Shown: positions 9,966-20,800 of the stretch, in pieces
How the letters are laid out: each line of letters begins with the position of its first letter
Position numbering within the stretch: the stretch's first letter is position 1
Origin: Thermoplasmatota archaeon
GTDB taxonomy: Archaea > Thermoplasmatota > Penumbrarchaeia > Penumbrarchaeales > Penumbrarchaeaceae
Direction of reading: 5' to 3'
Length of the DNA stretch: 64,000 nucleotides
NCBI GenBank assembly: GCA_029762535.1
Contig: JARVGK010000003.1
Span: 1 to 64,000, forward strand
Program-made: the position numbers and the translations under genes
The notes under the pieces: generated by a model
Told to the model about the DNA's origin: nothing
Seen by the model: the letters and a program-made list of their open reading frames with translations, nothing else
Databases searched by the model: none

Positions 9966-12900
9966 ATGAGATGGAGTATCGATACTATCCCTTGTCTGAT
10001 TTTGATCGCACTGCTTATAGTGGCATCCATCCCCGGATCGGTCCGATCCTCCGACCAGGATCCCGTCGTCAACGATGCTGCGATGCCTCGTTCCACTCCT
10101 GATCCGCTACCGGAACGATTCATCACTTCGCCCTGCTTCATCGAGAACAGGGGCCAGGTGGACGAGGGTATACTGTTCTACGCGCACCTTCCCTACGGCA
10201 GGATCGCCTTCACGGCCGAGGGCGTCCTTATCACCATTGTCGAAGGATCAGCCAACTCCCGCCTCGAAGGCACCAACATACTCCTGACCTTCCCTGATAG
10301 CGGAGGGGCTCCTGTGGGAAGGGATCGGGTCCCGGGAAGCTACAATTACTTTTACGGCAGGGATCCGGACCTTTGGCTGACCGACGTTCCCGCTTACAGC
10401 AAAGTGGTCTTCGAAGGCCTCTGGGGCGGGATAGATATGGTATATGGTTTCCACGATGGACACCTGAAATACGACCTGATAGTGCCCCCGGGCGTCGATC
10501 ATGATCGTATCGAGATCAGGGTGGAAGGGCATGAGCTTCTTTCCCTGGACATGGATGGGGCCTTGGTCCTCCATTCCATACACGGCCCGGCTATAACCGA
10601 TTCCGGACTCGTGGCATTCCACGAGGGAGATCCCACAACGGAACTGATATCGGAGTTCGTGATCATCGACGCTGACTCCTATTCGTTCCGGGTCGTGGGC
10701 AGGGATCCGTCCCGGACCCTCGTGATAGATCCTCTGGTCTATTGCACGTATTTAGGAGGATCGGGTATGGACACCGGACGCGGGATCGCGGTCGACGGCT
10801 CCGGTCACGCCTATATCGCCGGCAGCACGGAATCGACGGACTATCCCATAACCATTGGAGCTTTCGACACGGAACAGAACGGCAACACCGACATCTTTGT
10901 CACGAAGATCTCCAAGGACGGCAAGGACCTTGTATATTCCACGTTCGTGGGCGGGACCGACAGCGATGAGGCCCGAGGAATAGCGTTGGACGGATCGGGA
11001 AATGCCTACGTCACCGGGTTCACCCGATCGACCGACCTCCCGACAACGGACGGCGCCTTCCAGAGTGACCTGAGCTATCACTACGACGCTTTCGTCCTCA
11101 AGCTGGGGTCCGCTGGCTCATCCCTCGATCATTGCACATACCTCGGGGGAACCGGCAGCGACTATGCCTATGGCATCGCAGTTGATGGCAACGGATCCGC
11201 TTACATAACCGGAAGGACAGATTCTGCGAACTATCCTACGACGAGTGGCAGTTATTCGACCACATACAACGCCAACAGGGACGTTTTCGTCACAAAGCTG
11301 GGGCACAACGGGACGTATCTCGAGTATTCGACCTTCGTTGGAGGGTCCGAGTTAGATACCGGATATGGTATAGCGATCGATGATGGTGACAGTGCGTATG
11401 TTGTCGGTTATACGGAATCATCGGATTTCCCGACGACCGGTGGTGCCTTCGATACGAACTTCAACGGCGCGACGGACGCCTTCGCCATCAAGATGAACAG
11501 GAACGGGACCGGCCTGCATTATTCCACCTTCCTGGGCGGGGTGAGCTACGATTACGCTAACGCCGTAGCGGTTGATACGGACGGTTCTGCGTATGTCACA
11601 GGGGAGACGCGTTCCTTCGATTATCCGACCACGACAGGTGCTTTCGATACGACCTATAACGGCGATCTGGACATTTTCGTCACGAAACTGAGCCACAACG
11701 GCAGGTCCGTTCTGGCATCCACCTACCTCGGCGGTACGTCGGCGGAAAGGGCCTACGGGATCGCTGAGGACGGTTACGGATCGGCCTATATAACGGGTTA
11801 CACCTCTTCATCCTCGTTCCCTACCACGAAGGGAGCTTACAAGACCGCATTCCAGGGGGGTAACACCGACTCCTTCATCACCAAGCTTGACGCATCCTTC
11901 TCCGGGCAGGTCTTCTCCTCCTTCATTGGCGGGACAGGCGATGATTGCGGATGGGGGCTGGCAATAGATGACTCATGGAACGTCTTCATAACGGGGGACA
12001 CCGCCTCGACCGACCTCGGGACATCGACGGGAGCATATCAGTCATCCTACGCCGGCGGTTCGATGGACGCCTTCGCCTTGGCGATGAGATCCCCTCCCGG
12101 AGCGGTCCTGGAACTCTCAGCATTGGCGGGTGACGACCATGTTAGGCTTCAGTGGATGGAGCCTGTGAGCGATGGAGGGTCCCCGATATCTAACTACAAC
12201 GTTTACAGAAGAAGCGCCTCCGAGGAGAAGTCGCTCCTCGAAACAATAGGAAAGACCGAAGCGTACATCGACAACGCTGTGACGAAAGGTGTGACATATC
12301 ATTACTCCGTTTCAGCCGTTAACGGCGTGGGCGAGAGCATCCACTCACCGGAGGTGAGCGCACGTCCCGCATCACGGCCGACAGCTCCTCTGAGCCTCAG
12401 AGTGTCCTCCTACGGGGACGGGATGCTGGAGCTGAAATGGGACCTTCCACAGGATACTGGAGGTCTTACCATTCTGCAGTACAGGCTAAACAGGACGTCC
12501 CAGGACGGCACGATGATGAGGAACCTGACCGCGCCAAGGAGCGGTTTCGTTGACACGAGCCTCAGAAATGGGATCGAATACGAGTACACGCTATACGCGC
12601 TAAACGAGATAGGGGCATCCCCGCCCTCTTCACCAATTAGTGGTGTTCCAAGGACACTGCCAAACGCTCCGATATGGGTCAATATCACGGCTGGGCCGGG
12701 GTCCATACTTCTTGAATGGGTACCCCCTCAGGACGACGGCGGGGCCGAAGTTATCAACTATCACGTACACAGGGGACGGGTCGGTGAGATGCTTGAATTA
12801 CATGCGAACCTGTCCTCGTCCGAAACATCGTATAACGATACCGATGTACAGAACGGGATCACCTATCGCTACAGGCTCTCGGCTTTGAACTCGGAGGGGG

Positions 12901-14435
12901 AGTCATCCCTGTCGGAGGAGCGATCTGCAAAACCCGAGGACGCGCCCTTCGCCCCCAGGAACCTGAGCGCTCTATCATCCTCTCGAACGGTAAAATTGGT
13001 GTGGGACCCCCCAGAGTCCGATGGCGGTTCCAGGATCACAGGATTTAGGATATTCGGCGGCCCCGCTGCGGGAGGCCCTGTCCTGATGGGTTCTGTCGGA
13101 AGAGGGGTCTTCGAGTTCACCAACGGATCACTCACGAACGGGGTCACATATTCCTTTTTTGTCACCTGCTTCAACGCGGTCGGCGAATCGCCTCCCTCGG
13201 AGATCGTCACGGCCAAGCCCCTGAGCGTCCCCTCGGCTCCGAGGGAGCTTACGTTAGTATCGGGCGATTCGATGGTCACCCTGGAATGGCAGCCTCCTCT
13301 GGACAACGGGGGCTCACCGATAACGCATTATATCGTTCAAAGGGGTTGGACGCAGGCGGGCCTCCTCAACCTAGTCAATGTGACCCCGGATACAAGGACA
13401 TACATCGATGAGGATGTGGAGAACGGCCTAACATACTTTTACGCTGTCAAGGCCGCGAATGAGGCGGGACTATCGGTCTCGAGCGGGTCCCTATCCGCAG
13501 TTCCCGAGGGCCTTCCCGGTCCCCCGTCCATTCCATCAGTTACGGCGCGCAGGGGTTTTGTTGAGATAAGTTGGTCTGCGCCCCAGGACAACGGCGGTTC
13601 CAAGATCACCGAGATCAGGGTTTACCGCAGGAGCGAGGGATCGGACTTCGAGATGGTCCACGGGGACACCGCCCTTCAAGGCCTGTTCATGGATACTGAT
13701 GTGACCAACGGGGTCACATACGAGTACCGCCTCACATCCGTGAACAGGAACGGGGAAGGTCCACCCACCGATATTCTCTCAGCGATGCCTACCGGATTAC
13801 CTCAGGCCCCCATCTCACTGACCGCGGTCTTTATTGACGGCGGGGTGAGGCTTGAATGGGACCCACCTTCAGGGGACGGAGGTTCCCCTGTATTATCTTA
13901 CAATATCTACAGGAGCATGCCCCCAGAGGGCAAGGAGTTGATCGCGACAGTGGATGCGAACAAGACCTCATATATGGACCCCGATCCCGTAGAGGGGCTG
14001 ATGAGGTATGAGGTCACCGCCGAGAACGATATTGGCGAGGGTCCGACATCTGCCCCCGTGGAAGTCACGATCGAGCCCGAGGAGATCCCCGAAGAGAACG
14101 GTTCCGGGGTGTTGTTCATAGCCATAGCCGCCGGGGCCGTTGTCCTTCTGGTCATCGTTATCATAGTCGTACTCCTCATGAGGAGGAAAAAGGGACCGGG
14201 GCCCGTCCCCGAGGAGGAACCTCCCGTTGAGGAGGCACCTAGGGAGGAAGTCCCACAGGAACAGCCTCCGGACGAGGACTACCTCTCCGATTTCTACACC
14301 GAGGTCGAGCAGGAGGAGATGCCTGATAACGTCTTCAATTTGGAAGAGGCAAAGATAGAGGGAGATGCCACCATGGATCCTCTGACCCAGGGTTCCCCCG
14401 AACAGCCCACGGAAAACCCTTCCTCGAACCCCTAA
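9966..14435 (+). CDS. large surface protein: signal peptide, SBBP beta-propeller repeats, seven fibronectin type III domains, C-terminal TM anchor
   Basis: FIENRGQ/LVIDP N-terminal domain; repeated YLGG-x-D-x-IAVD-x-AY-x-G-T-S-x-P-TT-GAF units; seven FN3 units with W..P..DGGS and Y.V.A.N..GE; TM helix followed by RRKK. Confidence 0.9.
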   Translation: MRWSIDTIPCLILIALLIVASIPGSVRSSDQDPVVNDAAMPRSTPDPLPERFITSPCFIENRGQVDEGILFYAHLPYGRIAFTAEGVLITIVEGSANSRLEGTNILLTFPDSGGAPVGRDRVPGSYNYFYGRDPDLWLTDVPAYSKVVFEGLWGGIDMVYGFHDGHLKYDLIVPPGVDHDRIEIRVEGHELLSLDMDGALVLHSIHGPAITDSGLVAFHEGDPTTELISEFVIIDADSYSFRVVGRDPSRTLVIDPLVYCTYLGGSGMDTGRGIAVDGSGHAYIAGSTESTDYPITIGAFDTEQNGNTDIFVTKISKDGKDLVYSTFVGGTDSDEARGIALDGSGNAYVTGFTRSTDLPTTDGAFQSDLSYHYDAFVLKLGSAGSSLDHCTYLGGTGSDYAYGIAVDGNGSAYITGRTDSANYPTTSGSYSTTYNANRDVFVTKLGHNGTYLEYSTFVGGSELDTGYGIAIDDGDSAYVVGYTESSDFPTTGGAFDTNFNGATDAFAIKMNRNGTGLHYSTFLGGVSYDYANAVAVDTDGSAYVTGETRSFDYPTTTGAFDTTYNGDLDIFVTKLSHNGRSVLASTYLGGTSAERAYGIAEDGYGSAYITGYTSSSSFPTTKGAYKTAFQGGNTDSFITKLDASFSGQVFSSFIGGTGDDCGWGLAIDDSWNVFITGDTASTDLGTSTGAYQSSYAGGSMDAFALAMRSPPGAVLELSALAGDDHVRLQWMEPVSDGGSPISNYNVYRRSASEEKSLLETIGKTEAYIDNAVTKGVTYHYSVSAVNGVGESIHSPEVSARPASRPTAPLSLRVSSYGDGMLELKWDLPQDTGGLTILQYRLNRTSQDGTMMRNLTAPRSGFVDTSLRNGIEYEYTLYALNEIGASPPSSPISGVPRTLPNAPIWVNITAGPGSILLEWVPPQDDGGAEVINYHVHRGRVGEMLELHANLSSSETSYNDTDVQNGITYRYRLSALNSEGESSLSEERSAKPEDAPFAPRNLSALSSSRTVKLVWDPPESDGGSRITGFRIFGGPAAGGPVLMGSVGRGVFEFTNGSLTNGVTYSFFVTCFNAVGESPPSEIVTAKPLSVPSAPRELTLVSGDSMVTLEWQPPLDNGGSPITHYIVQRGWTQAGLLNLVNVTPDTRTYIDEDVENGLTYFYAVKAANEAGLSVSSGSLSAVPEGLPGPPSIPSVTARRGFVEISWSAPQDNGGSKITEIRVYRRSEGSDFEMVHGDTALQGLFMDTDVTNGVTYEYRLTSVNRNGEGPPTDILSAMPTGLPQAPISLTAVFIDGGVRLEWDPPSGDGGSPVLSYNIYRSMPPEGKELIATVDANKTSYMDPDPVEGLMRYEVTAENDIGEGPTSAPVEVTIEPEEIPEENGSGVLFIAIAAGAVVLLVIVIIVVLLMRRKKGPGPVPEEEPPVEEAPREEVPQEQPPDEDYLSDFYTEVEQEEMPDNVFNLEEAKIEGDATMDPLTQGSPEQPTENPSSNP

Positions 14436-14470
14436 GACCACTATTCATGGTTGATAGAGAGGGGGATTCT

Positions 14471-15745
14471 TTATAGGGGACACCCGCCCCCGCACTGGAC
14501 GACCAGATCGCAGTTCGCGCACTCCTTTGGGGCCATACTGCGATCTCGAAACCTCCTGCAAAGATCGCTTTCCCAGATCCGGTCCCACGGATCAGAGAGG
14601 ATGTTCCCTAAACCCTCGTAGTAGCTCTGGCACGGTATAACGGTCCCGTCCGGCTCCACGGCCATGTTCATGCGGCAGGCGGTGCACTGCTTCATGCCCA
14701 GGTCCAGTTCCATCGGGTCCAGATCGCAGTAGCGGGTGGGAGAATACCATCTGAACTCGTACTCCTTGAGGATGGAGTCCTTTCTTGCCTCTTTCAGAAT
14801 CGGTATCAGATCCTCGCAAGGGACGCCCTTCGCTTCTTTTCCTCTTCCGGAACGGATGATCGCATTGACCGCGACATGCTTCACACCCATGTCTCCCAGG
14901 AAGAGGACGGTTTCAAGCGCGCTCTCTTTGTTAGCTTCCATGATCGTTGTGTTGGTGACAAGGTATATTCCCGAATCCAAAGCGTTCTTGATGCCGGCTA
15001 TCGTCCTCTCGAATGAGCCTTTCGTCCCCGTGATCCGATCGTGCAGCGACGGTTCATGGGATGCCAGGGTTATCTGTACATGGTCAAGCCCCGATGAGAT
15101 CAGTTCGTCCAAGTAGGATCGCTCGGAGAGTTTCTTCCCGTTCGTGTTCAGACCAGTTATCTGTCCGGTCTCTTCGGCAAAAGCTATTAGTTGAGGCAGA
15201 TCGTCCCTGATCGTTGGCTCCCCGCCGGTGAAGACAATGTGCGGGATACCTATTTGCCACAGCTTGAGGAGTACCCCCTTCCATTCCTCTGTAGAAAGCT
15301 CTTTCTTCGCCCGATTTTTCTCGTTGTAGCAGTGGCCGCAGTCGTTGTCGCACCTGTAGGTAAGGGCGAGGTCCATTCTGAAAGGGGCGATCTGCCCTGT
15401 GTATATGTCCCCCAATTCATCGTCCATGTCAAGGACGATGTCCTTCTGCTCCAGCACACCCATCATCGCGGTCTTGAAGACCTGCAGATCGCTTTTGACG
15501 ACGTCCTTCTTCACCCTGTATCTACGTCGGATCTCCTTTACGATCCTTGCATCATCGGCGCCCTCCAGAAGCAATTTCGCGAATTGTATGCCGGTCCCGT
15601 TCAACGTTATGAGGCGTGAGGCATCGACTATGAGTATGCCCTTGTCCCTGGAATCCACCCTCAGGTGCATCCTCCTGCCTTCCAGAGGCCCCGATCCAGT
15701 GAAATGATACACTCCCGGTCTGAGCTTTTCAGGAAAAGGCCACAT
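14471..15745 (-). CDS. radical SAM/SPASM enzyme with N-terminal PqqD-like (RRE) domain
   Basis: CDNDCGHC (CxxxCxxC), FTGGEPT, NTNG; SPASM CTAC..VEPDGTVIPC..CANCDLVVQCGGGCP; PqqD-like LNGTG..IVKEIRRRYRVKKDVVKSDL. ATG 15745 overlaps the upstream TGA (TGATG). Confidence 0.92.
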   Translation of the reverse strand: MWPFPEKLRPGVYHFTGSGPLEGRRMHLRVDSRDKGILIVDASRLITLNGTGIQFAKLLLEGADDARIVKEIRRRYRVKKDVVKSDLQVFKTAMMGVLEQKDIVLDMDDELGDIYTGQIAPFRMDLALTYRCDNDCGHCYNEKNRAKKELSTEEWKGVLLKLWQIGIPHIVFTGGEPTIRDDLPQLIAFAEETGQITGLNTNGKKLSERSYLDELISSGLDHVQITLASHEPSLHDRITGTKGSFERTIAGIKNALDSGIYLVTNTTIMEANKESALETVLFLGDMGVKHVAVNAIIRSGRGKEAKGVPCEDLIPILKEARKDSILKEYEFRWYSPTRYCDLDPMELDLGMKQCTACRMNMAVEPDGTVIPCQSYYEGLGNILSDPWDRIWESDLCRRFRDRSMAPKECANCDLVVQCGGGCPL

Positions 15746-17334
15746 CACCTGCCACCCCCCGCACACGCGCAGGCGCACGCACACGCGCAGGCGCATCCTC
15801 CTCCTCCAAAACCCCCCCCGGAGCCGCCTGTTGAGGGCGGATGCAGCAGGCTGGTCACGCTGGCGCTGAGGTTCCTCGTGCTAGAGGCGACGTTCTTTGA
15901 CAATGACCTGACGTTGTTCACGTAGGACCTTGCGAAGGACCCGGGAACATGCCCTCCGGAGGTTCCGGGGGAATGGATGGTAGAATGCCGCGCCGTTCTC
16001 ACGGGCATGAACAGCGGGAGTATGAGGACGTCCATCTTCCTGTCGTAGTCCTTATCGACCATGAGCCATTCGTCGTTCTCCCTGACCTTCTGCTCCAATG
16101 GTCCAAGCTCCCTGCACTCGCCCACCTGGCCCCATGCCTTCTCAACGATCCCCTTGTAGTATTGTTGTGTCTTCTTCTGCGAGAACCCCTTCATCTTCTT
16201 CTCGGTGGCCTTGATCATGTCCTTCATCGCCTTCTCCACAAGGTCCCTCACGAGCTTTCCGTCATCCCCGATGGCATCATAGAGCCCTCTCTCATATTCA
16301 TGCTCCAGCTTTTTTGGATCGATCCTGTAAAGGAAATCGCTTCCGTCCTCTGCGGGGGTGATCGCCTTTTTCTTGATCATGCCGTAGATGATGATCGAGA
16401 CCACCTTCTCCAGGGGGTATTCTAGGACCATGGCCGCCTCCGGGGCGGTCAGGCCTGTCCGCGGCGGCCCCGTGAAGGAGATCGCGGGCCTGAAGTAATC
16501 CTCTTTCTGCTTCTGGGATAGTATTATTACCCCGACTATGATCGCAGCGATGACGAGTATGGGCGAAAGCGTGCAGAGGAGGGCGCATATCGAGGAGATG
16601 AACGCCGATAATCTATCCAGGAAGGTCTCCTTGTAATACTTATCCACATACTGCTTTGGAAACGCCACGCCGACGTCCGTCTTTCCGGACGATATCTCTG
16701 ACGGGGACCTCGGACCCAGGTCCCAGGTGAGCTCGATACCTTCGATGGTGCTAACGTGATCGTCCCATTTCATATTGTGATATGCGGTGCTCTCGAGGTC
16801 GATGATCTCATAGGGCAGGGTCATGTGAACGATGAGCGATCCCGTTTTCCCTCTCTGGAACTCGCTCGAGAACCACGTGGGGCGGAAGACCACGCTCGCC
16901 ATGCTCTTGTTGTTCGGGCTCTCCCAAACCATCCTGTCCACGTTTATGGAGAACTCCAGAACGATCCTGTGCTCCCTTGCGGCGTTCACTTTGACTTCGA
17001 CCCCCGGGTCCACGTATTCCGATCTACCCGCCGACGGAGCGAAGTTCCTCTGCAGATCTCCGGCAGGGTCGTATATCCAAACCTCCGCCCTGGCCGTAGA
17101 TAGCCTGTAATGAGAGTTGGGCATGCCCACATCTACGTATTCGAAATTGGATCCCCAGTTGATGAATTCGAAGCGATAACGGATATCGCAGCTGCCATCC
17201 TTCTTTATCTGGACCCATGCCTCCTGGGCCATCAGCTCGAAATCGTATTCCTTCGCTTCCGATCCCATGCTCATGGCCCATGTGGAGAAGATCAGCCCAA
17301 GAAGTAGAAGGGCGATGAGGCGCAACCTTACCAT
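15745..17334 (-). CDS. membrane protein (DUF2207-like architecture) with Gly-rich (Cys-Ala)6-GGGR C-terminal tail
   Basis: Signal peptide, extracellular beta domain (IKKDGSCDIRYRFEF), TM helix, LTAPEAA motif, tail GGSGGGFGGGG-CACACACACACA-GGGR. GAGGAGG SD before ATG 17334. Confidence 0.8.
   Translation of the reverse strand: MVRLRLIALLLLGLIFSTWAMSMGSEAKEYDFELMAQEAWVQIKKDGSCDIRYRFEFINWGSNFEYVDVGMPNSHYRLSTARAEVWIYDPAGDLQRNFAPSAGRSEYVDPGVEVKVNAAREHRIVLEFSINVDRMVWESPNNKSMASVVFRPTWFSSEFQRGKTGSLIVHMTLPYEIIDLESTAYHNMKWDDHVSTIEGIELTWDLGPRSPSEISSGKTDVGVAFPKQYVDKYYKETFLDRLSAFISSICALLCTLSPILVIAAIIVGVIILSQKQKEDYFRPAISFTGPPRTGLTAPEAAMVLEYPLEKVVSIIIYGMIKKKAITPAEDGSDFLYRIDPKKLEHEYERGLYDAIGDDGKLVRDLVEKAMKDMIKATEKKMKGFSQKKTQQYYKGIVEKAWGQVGECRELGPLEQKVRENDEWLMVDKDYDRKMDVLILPLFMPVRTARHSTIHSPGTSGGHVPGSFARSYVNNVRSLSKNVASSTRNLSASVTSLLHPPSTGGSGGGFGGGGCACACACACACAGGGR
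15760..15795 (-). repeat. 18-bp tandem duplication encoding (Cys-Ala)6
   Basis: TGCGCCTGCGCGTGTGCG x2 on the - strand. Confidence 0.9.
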
Positions 17335-17717
17335 ATAGGGTCCTCCTCGATGGAATATGTCGTGCCGCAGTACGGGCATATGACCGAGAGGCCCATGTCC
17401 CCCAGCTTCACGTTCTCGGAGGTTATCGGACCGGAGCAGGACCTGCACTTCATCTCCTTGAATCTCCTCTTCCCAGAGACCAGATCGTCCGAGCCGATGT
17501 TGACATTCTGCTCTATCCTGACCTCGGGAGGCCTCTCGTTCTTCTTCAGGTAGATGAAGATCCCGAGGGGGATGAACCCGATGATGAGTAGCACGACCGC
17601 CGTTATGATGATCGAAACGTCATAGGGCGGAGCCAGGGCGGCTATGAAGAAAATGGCCGAGAACAATATGAAGAAAACACCGGTCCCGATAAGCAGGAAC
17701 CCTGCCCAACCCTTCAT
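17328..17717 (-). CDS. two-TM membrane protein with C-terminal zinc ribbon
   Basis: Two hydrophobic helices, then CRSC...CPYC; stop overlaps the start of the next gene (ATGGTAA). Confidence 0.8.
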   Translation of the reverse strand: MKGWAGFLLIGTGVFFILFSAIFFIAALAPPYDVSIIITAVVLLIIGFIPLGIFIYLKKNERPPEVRIEQNVNIGSDDLVSGKRRFKEMKCRSCSGPITSENVKLGDMGLSVICPYCGTTYSIEEDPIW

Positions 17718-17849
17718 GGGAGGGCGATGGTCTTTTTGATTGTTAAAACCTATCGAAGCGAAAGCGTCATGACCTGCATATTGACCGACCCCCTGTAAAC
17801 GGTTATAAAGTCATACGTTCCTTACGCTCAGGGATATGGAGGAAAAAAC

Positions 17850-20800
17850 ATGGAATCGAGGCTCAGGACCATGATGGGGTTGATCGTGTTGCTTCTGCTG
17901 TTCGCAGTCTTCAACGGAGTAACGGGATCGGCCGAGATCGAGCGTGTTGAAGAGGAAATCACAGGGTTCGAGATGATCCGGGTGGATGATCCAACGAACA
18001 GGATCATCGAAAAGGAGTTTATAACCCCGATCCCTCTCGGACCTGATGAACCGATTTTTTTCGAGGGATGGGGCCCGCTCTTTGACACATTCTATACGGA
18101 CACAGAGCCTCTAAGGATGAGCGCGATGCCCCCTCGTCTCTCCGCGGCTCCGACTAGGGGCAGCGACGATGAGGGCGAGCAGAACTACAACGATTTCTCG
18201 AACGGGTCAAGGCTCCTAACGCCTACGGACAGCGTATCGGGGTCGCTCAATTTCGATACCAGCGGCCAAACGAGCGACTGGATAGACTGGTACAAGTTCA
18301 AGTTGGACGACATAGACCCGTCCCCGAACGCACCCAACGGGGCTCGCAACATCACTTTTACACTCAATGACTACAGGGACCAGGACGGTAATTACGGCCT
18401 ATACGAGTACGCGATCACATGGATCAACGAGACGACATACGAGCTGTCGGAGGACTATGCGGACCTTCTGCATGTTTATTTCACCTACTACGATCCGTTA
18501 AGGGGGCCGATGCGGCTTGGCGGCTGGTCATTTTTCTACGACGACAAGGATTACACAGACGGATGGTCATGGGACTCCAACTGGACCGTGGACCTCGTCG
18601 CTCCCGTCCCCTCGACCGGTGAGGAGGACATGGACGGGCTGGCTAACGGCCTGACGGAGGTGGGCTGGTATTACGTCGGTATAGCGCTCGATTGGTATGG
18701 TAACCCAGACGCACCCGATAGATCTTCCTTCGGGGTCCAATACGATCTCTCCATCGACACGTCCAGAAGGCAGGACACCGACAGCGCCGCGAACGACATG
18801 GACGTAGCCGGACCTATCGTATCCGGCCAGGGATACAGGACATTCTCCAGGTACAACAACGTCGATTGGTTCAAGGTTGAGGGATCGGACCCCTCAAAGC
18901 TCTGGAACATGACGATCAACGTCACACGGACGGGAGCAGCCGCGCCAAGGTCCTTCTTTCCGACCATATACGACCCGTGGCAGCATCTCTACTTCCTGTG
19001 GCATCACGCGGGTGAGGACGATATCTGGGATACGGATGACGACGGTATGTTCTATTACCACGTGATATTCTCGGCGTTCTTTTCCGGCAGACTTGGGGAT
19101 GCGCTGCTGATAGGTGATGAGTTCCAGAACATAGAATTGAACCTGAGGAACACCTGGACCCAGACGTCCAAGCGCGAAGTGTATGTTGGTTTATATTCGG
19201 AGCCGCTGACCTTGGAAGTCAACGAACAGGGCGAGATAACGGGTATCTTCTACCAATCCGATTGGTTCGCACTATCAGAGTACAGAGTGGATATCGGCAT
19301 TGTGGAGGAAGCGGTCAACAGGCCGCCGACCATACCGCTGTTGAGGTATTCCTCGGATTGGGAACCCCGACCCGAAGGCGGCCATTACGGGTCCGTCTTC
19401 ACCTTCGATGTGGCCTACAGCGATCCGGACAACGACCCCCCACAGAGCCTGTACCTGCGCCTCGATCCGGACACCCCCCAACAGAAAGAATACTCTCTTC
19501 TGGATAAGGACGTGGACAAGAACGACCTCACATATTCAGACGGCAAGCTCTACCGCATCGACCTAACCGGAGAGGAGATAGGTGAGGGGGCCCATGTCAT
19601 CGAGGCTCAGGGTAGGGATTCGATACCTTTCGGCTCCCTAAGGGAGCCCATGGGGTCAGCTCCTCAGATCATATCCGATGAGCTAGTCGTATGGAACGAC
19701 GATCCGGTTGGATCGGACCAATTGTGGGATGGGGTTCCAGATATTTACGAGGACGATCCGCCTCTCGTCATCCCGCTCCTGAGCTCCGGGTCCGTAAGAG
19801 GTCCGTTCAAGGACGCGGAGGGGATCCTCACAGAGATCAAGGTGTTCTCCAATGGAACATGGGAGGATGAGATAACGAGCGATGTGGTCAAACTCACGGT
19901 GTCCCTCCTGCCTGAACCGGTAATGAGAATAGAACCACTTCCCGATCAATTCGGGTCGGAGACGTTCATGTTGAAGGCCTCCGATGATCATTCCTCGGTA
20001 GAGAGATCGATCGAAGTGGTGGTGATCCCCGTCAACGATCCGCCTGTGATCACCTCGGTTAGAAGGGCGGGAACGGACCATCCCGTCGTCATGAGGAACT
20101 CCCTCTCTTATTTGGCGGACATGGAGGATGTCTGGGTGGTCCTGGAGGACGAGGTCCTGGAATTCTTCGTGATCGCAAGCGACATAGATATAGGTGGCGG
20201 ATCCCTGGAATACAGTTACCTGCCCGAGTTGTCCGATAACTGGAAGCAGCCTCCTGTGATAACTTCCACCGGATGGGTCACGATGACCCCCAGGAACGAC
20301 GATCTGAGAAAGAGCGAGATGACGTTCTCGGTGAGCGATGGGGAGGAGGAGGTCATACTGCTGCTGGTGATCAAGGTGACCAATACGAACGATCCTCCTC
20401 AGATACATTTCCCAGTTGAACCGGGCAAGGAATATTCCCAGTTCGACAGGATCGTCCTGAGACCCTCCGGAAGCGACATAGATCCAGGCGATATACTAAG
20501 CTTCTCCGTGAACATGTTGGAGGATCTCGGCTCCGCCTATCCCTCGATCGATGATCAGCTCCCGGACCTGGTCTTTACTAACGACATGTGGGATTTCGAC
20601 ACGAGGACAGCAGAGTTCTGGTTCAAGCTGGACGATCAGGGAATATGGGGATGGGGTCCCGACAGGGAAAGGACCAAGACAATAACGGTCGCCTTCAAGG
20701 TCACGGATCTCGAGGGGGCATCGGCACTTATCTCAGTGGAGCTGTCATTGATCGATGTGAATGAACCTCCGGAGGCACCGACCCTCATCAGGTACAGCGT

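Noticed and set aside
15746-15796. N-terminal MRLRVCVRLRVCGG extension of the radical SAM ORF
   Set aside because: It is an alternate-frame reading of the Cys-Ala repeat; the coupled ATG at 15745 is the better start.
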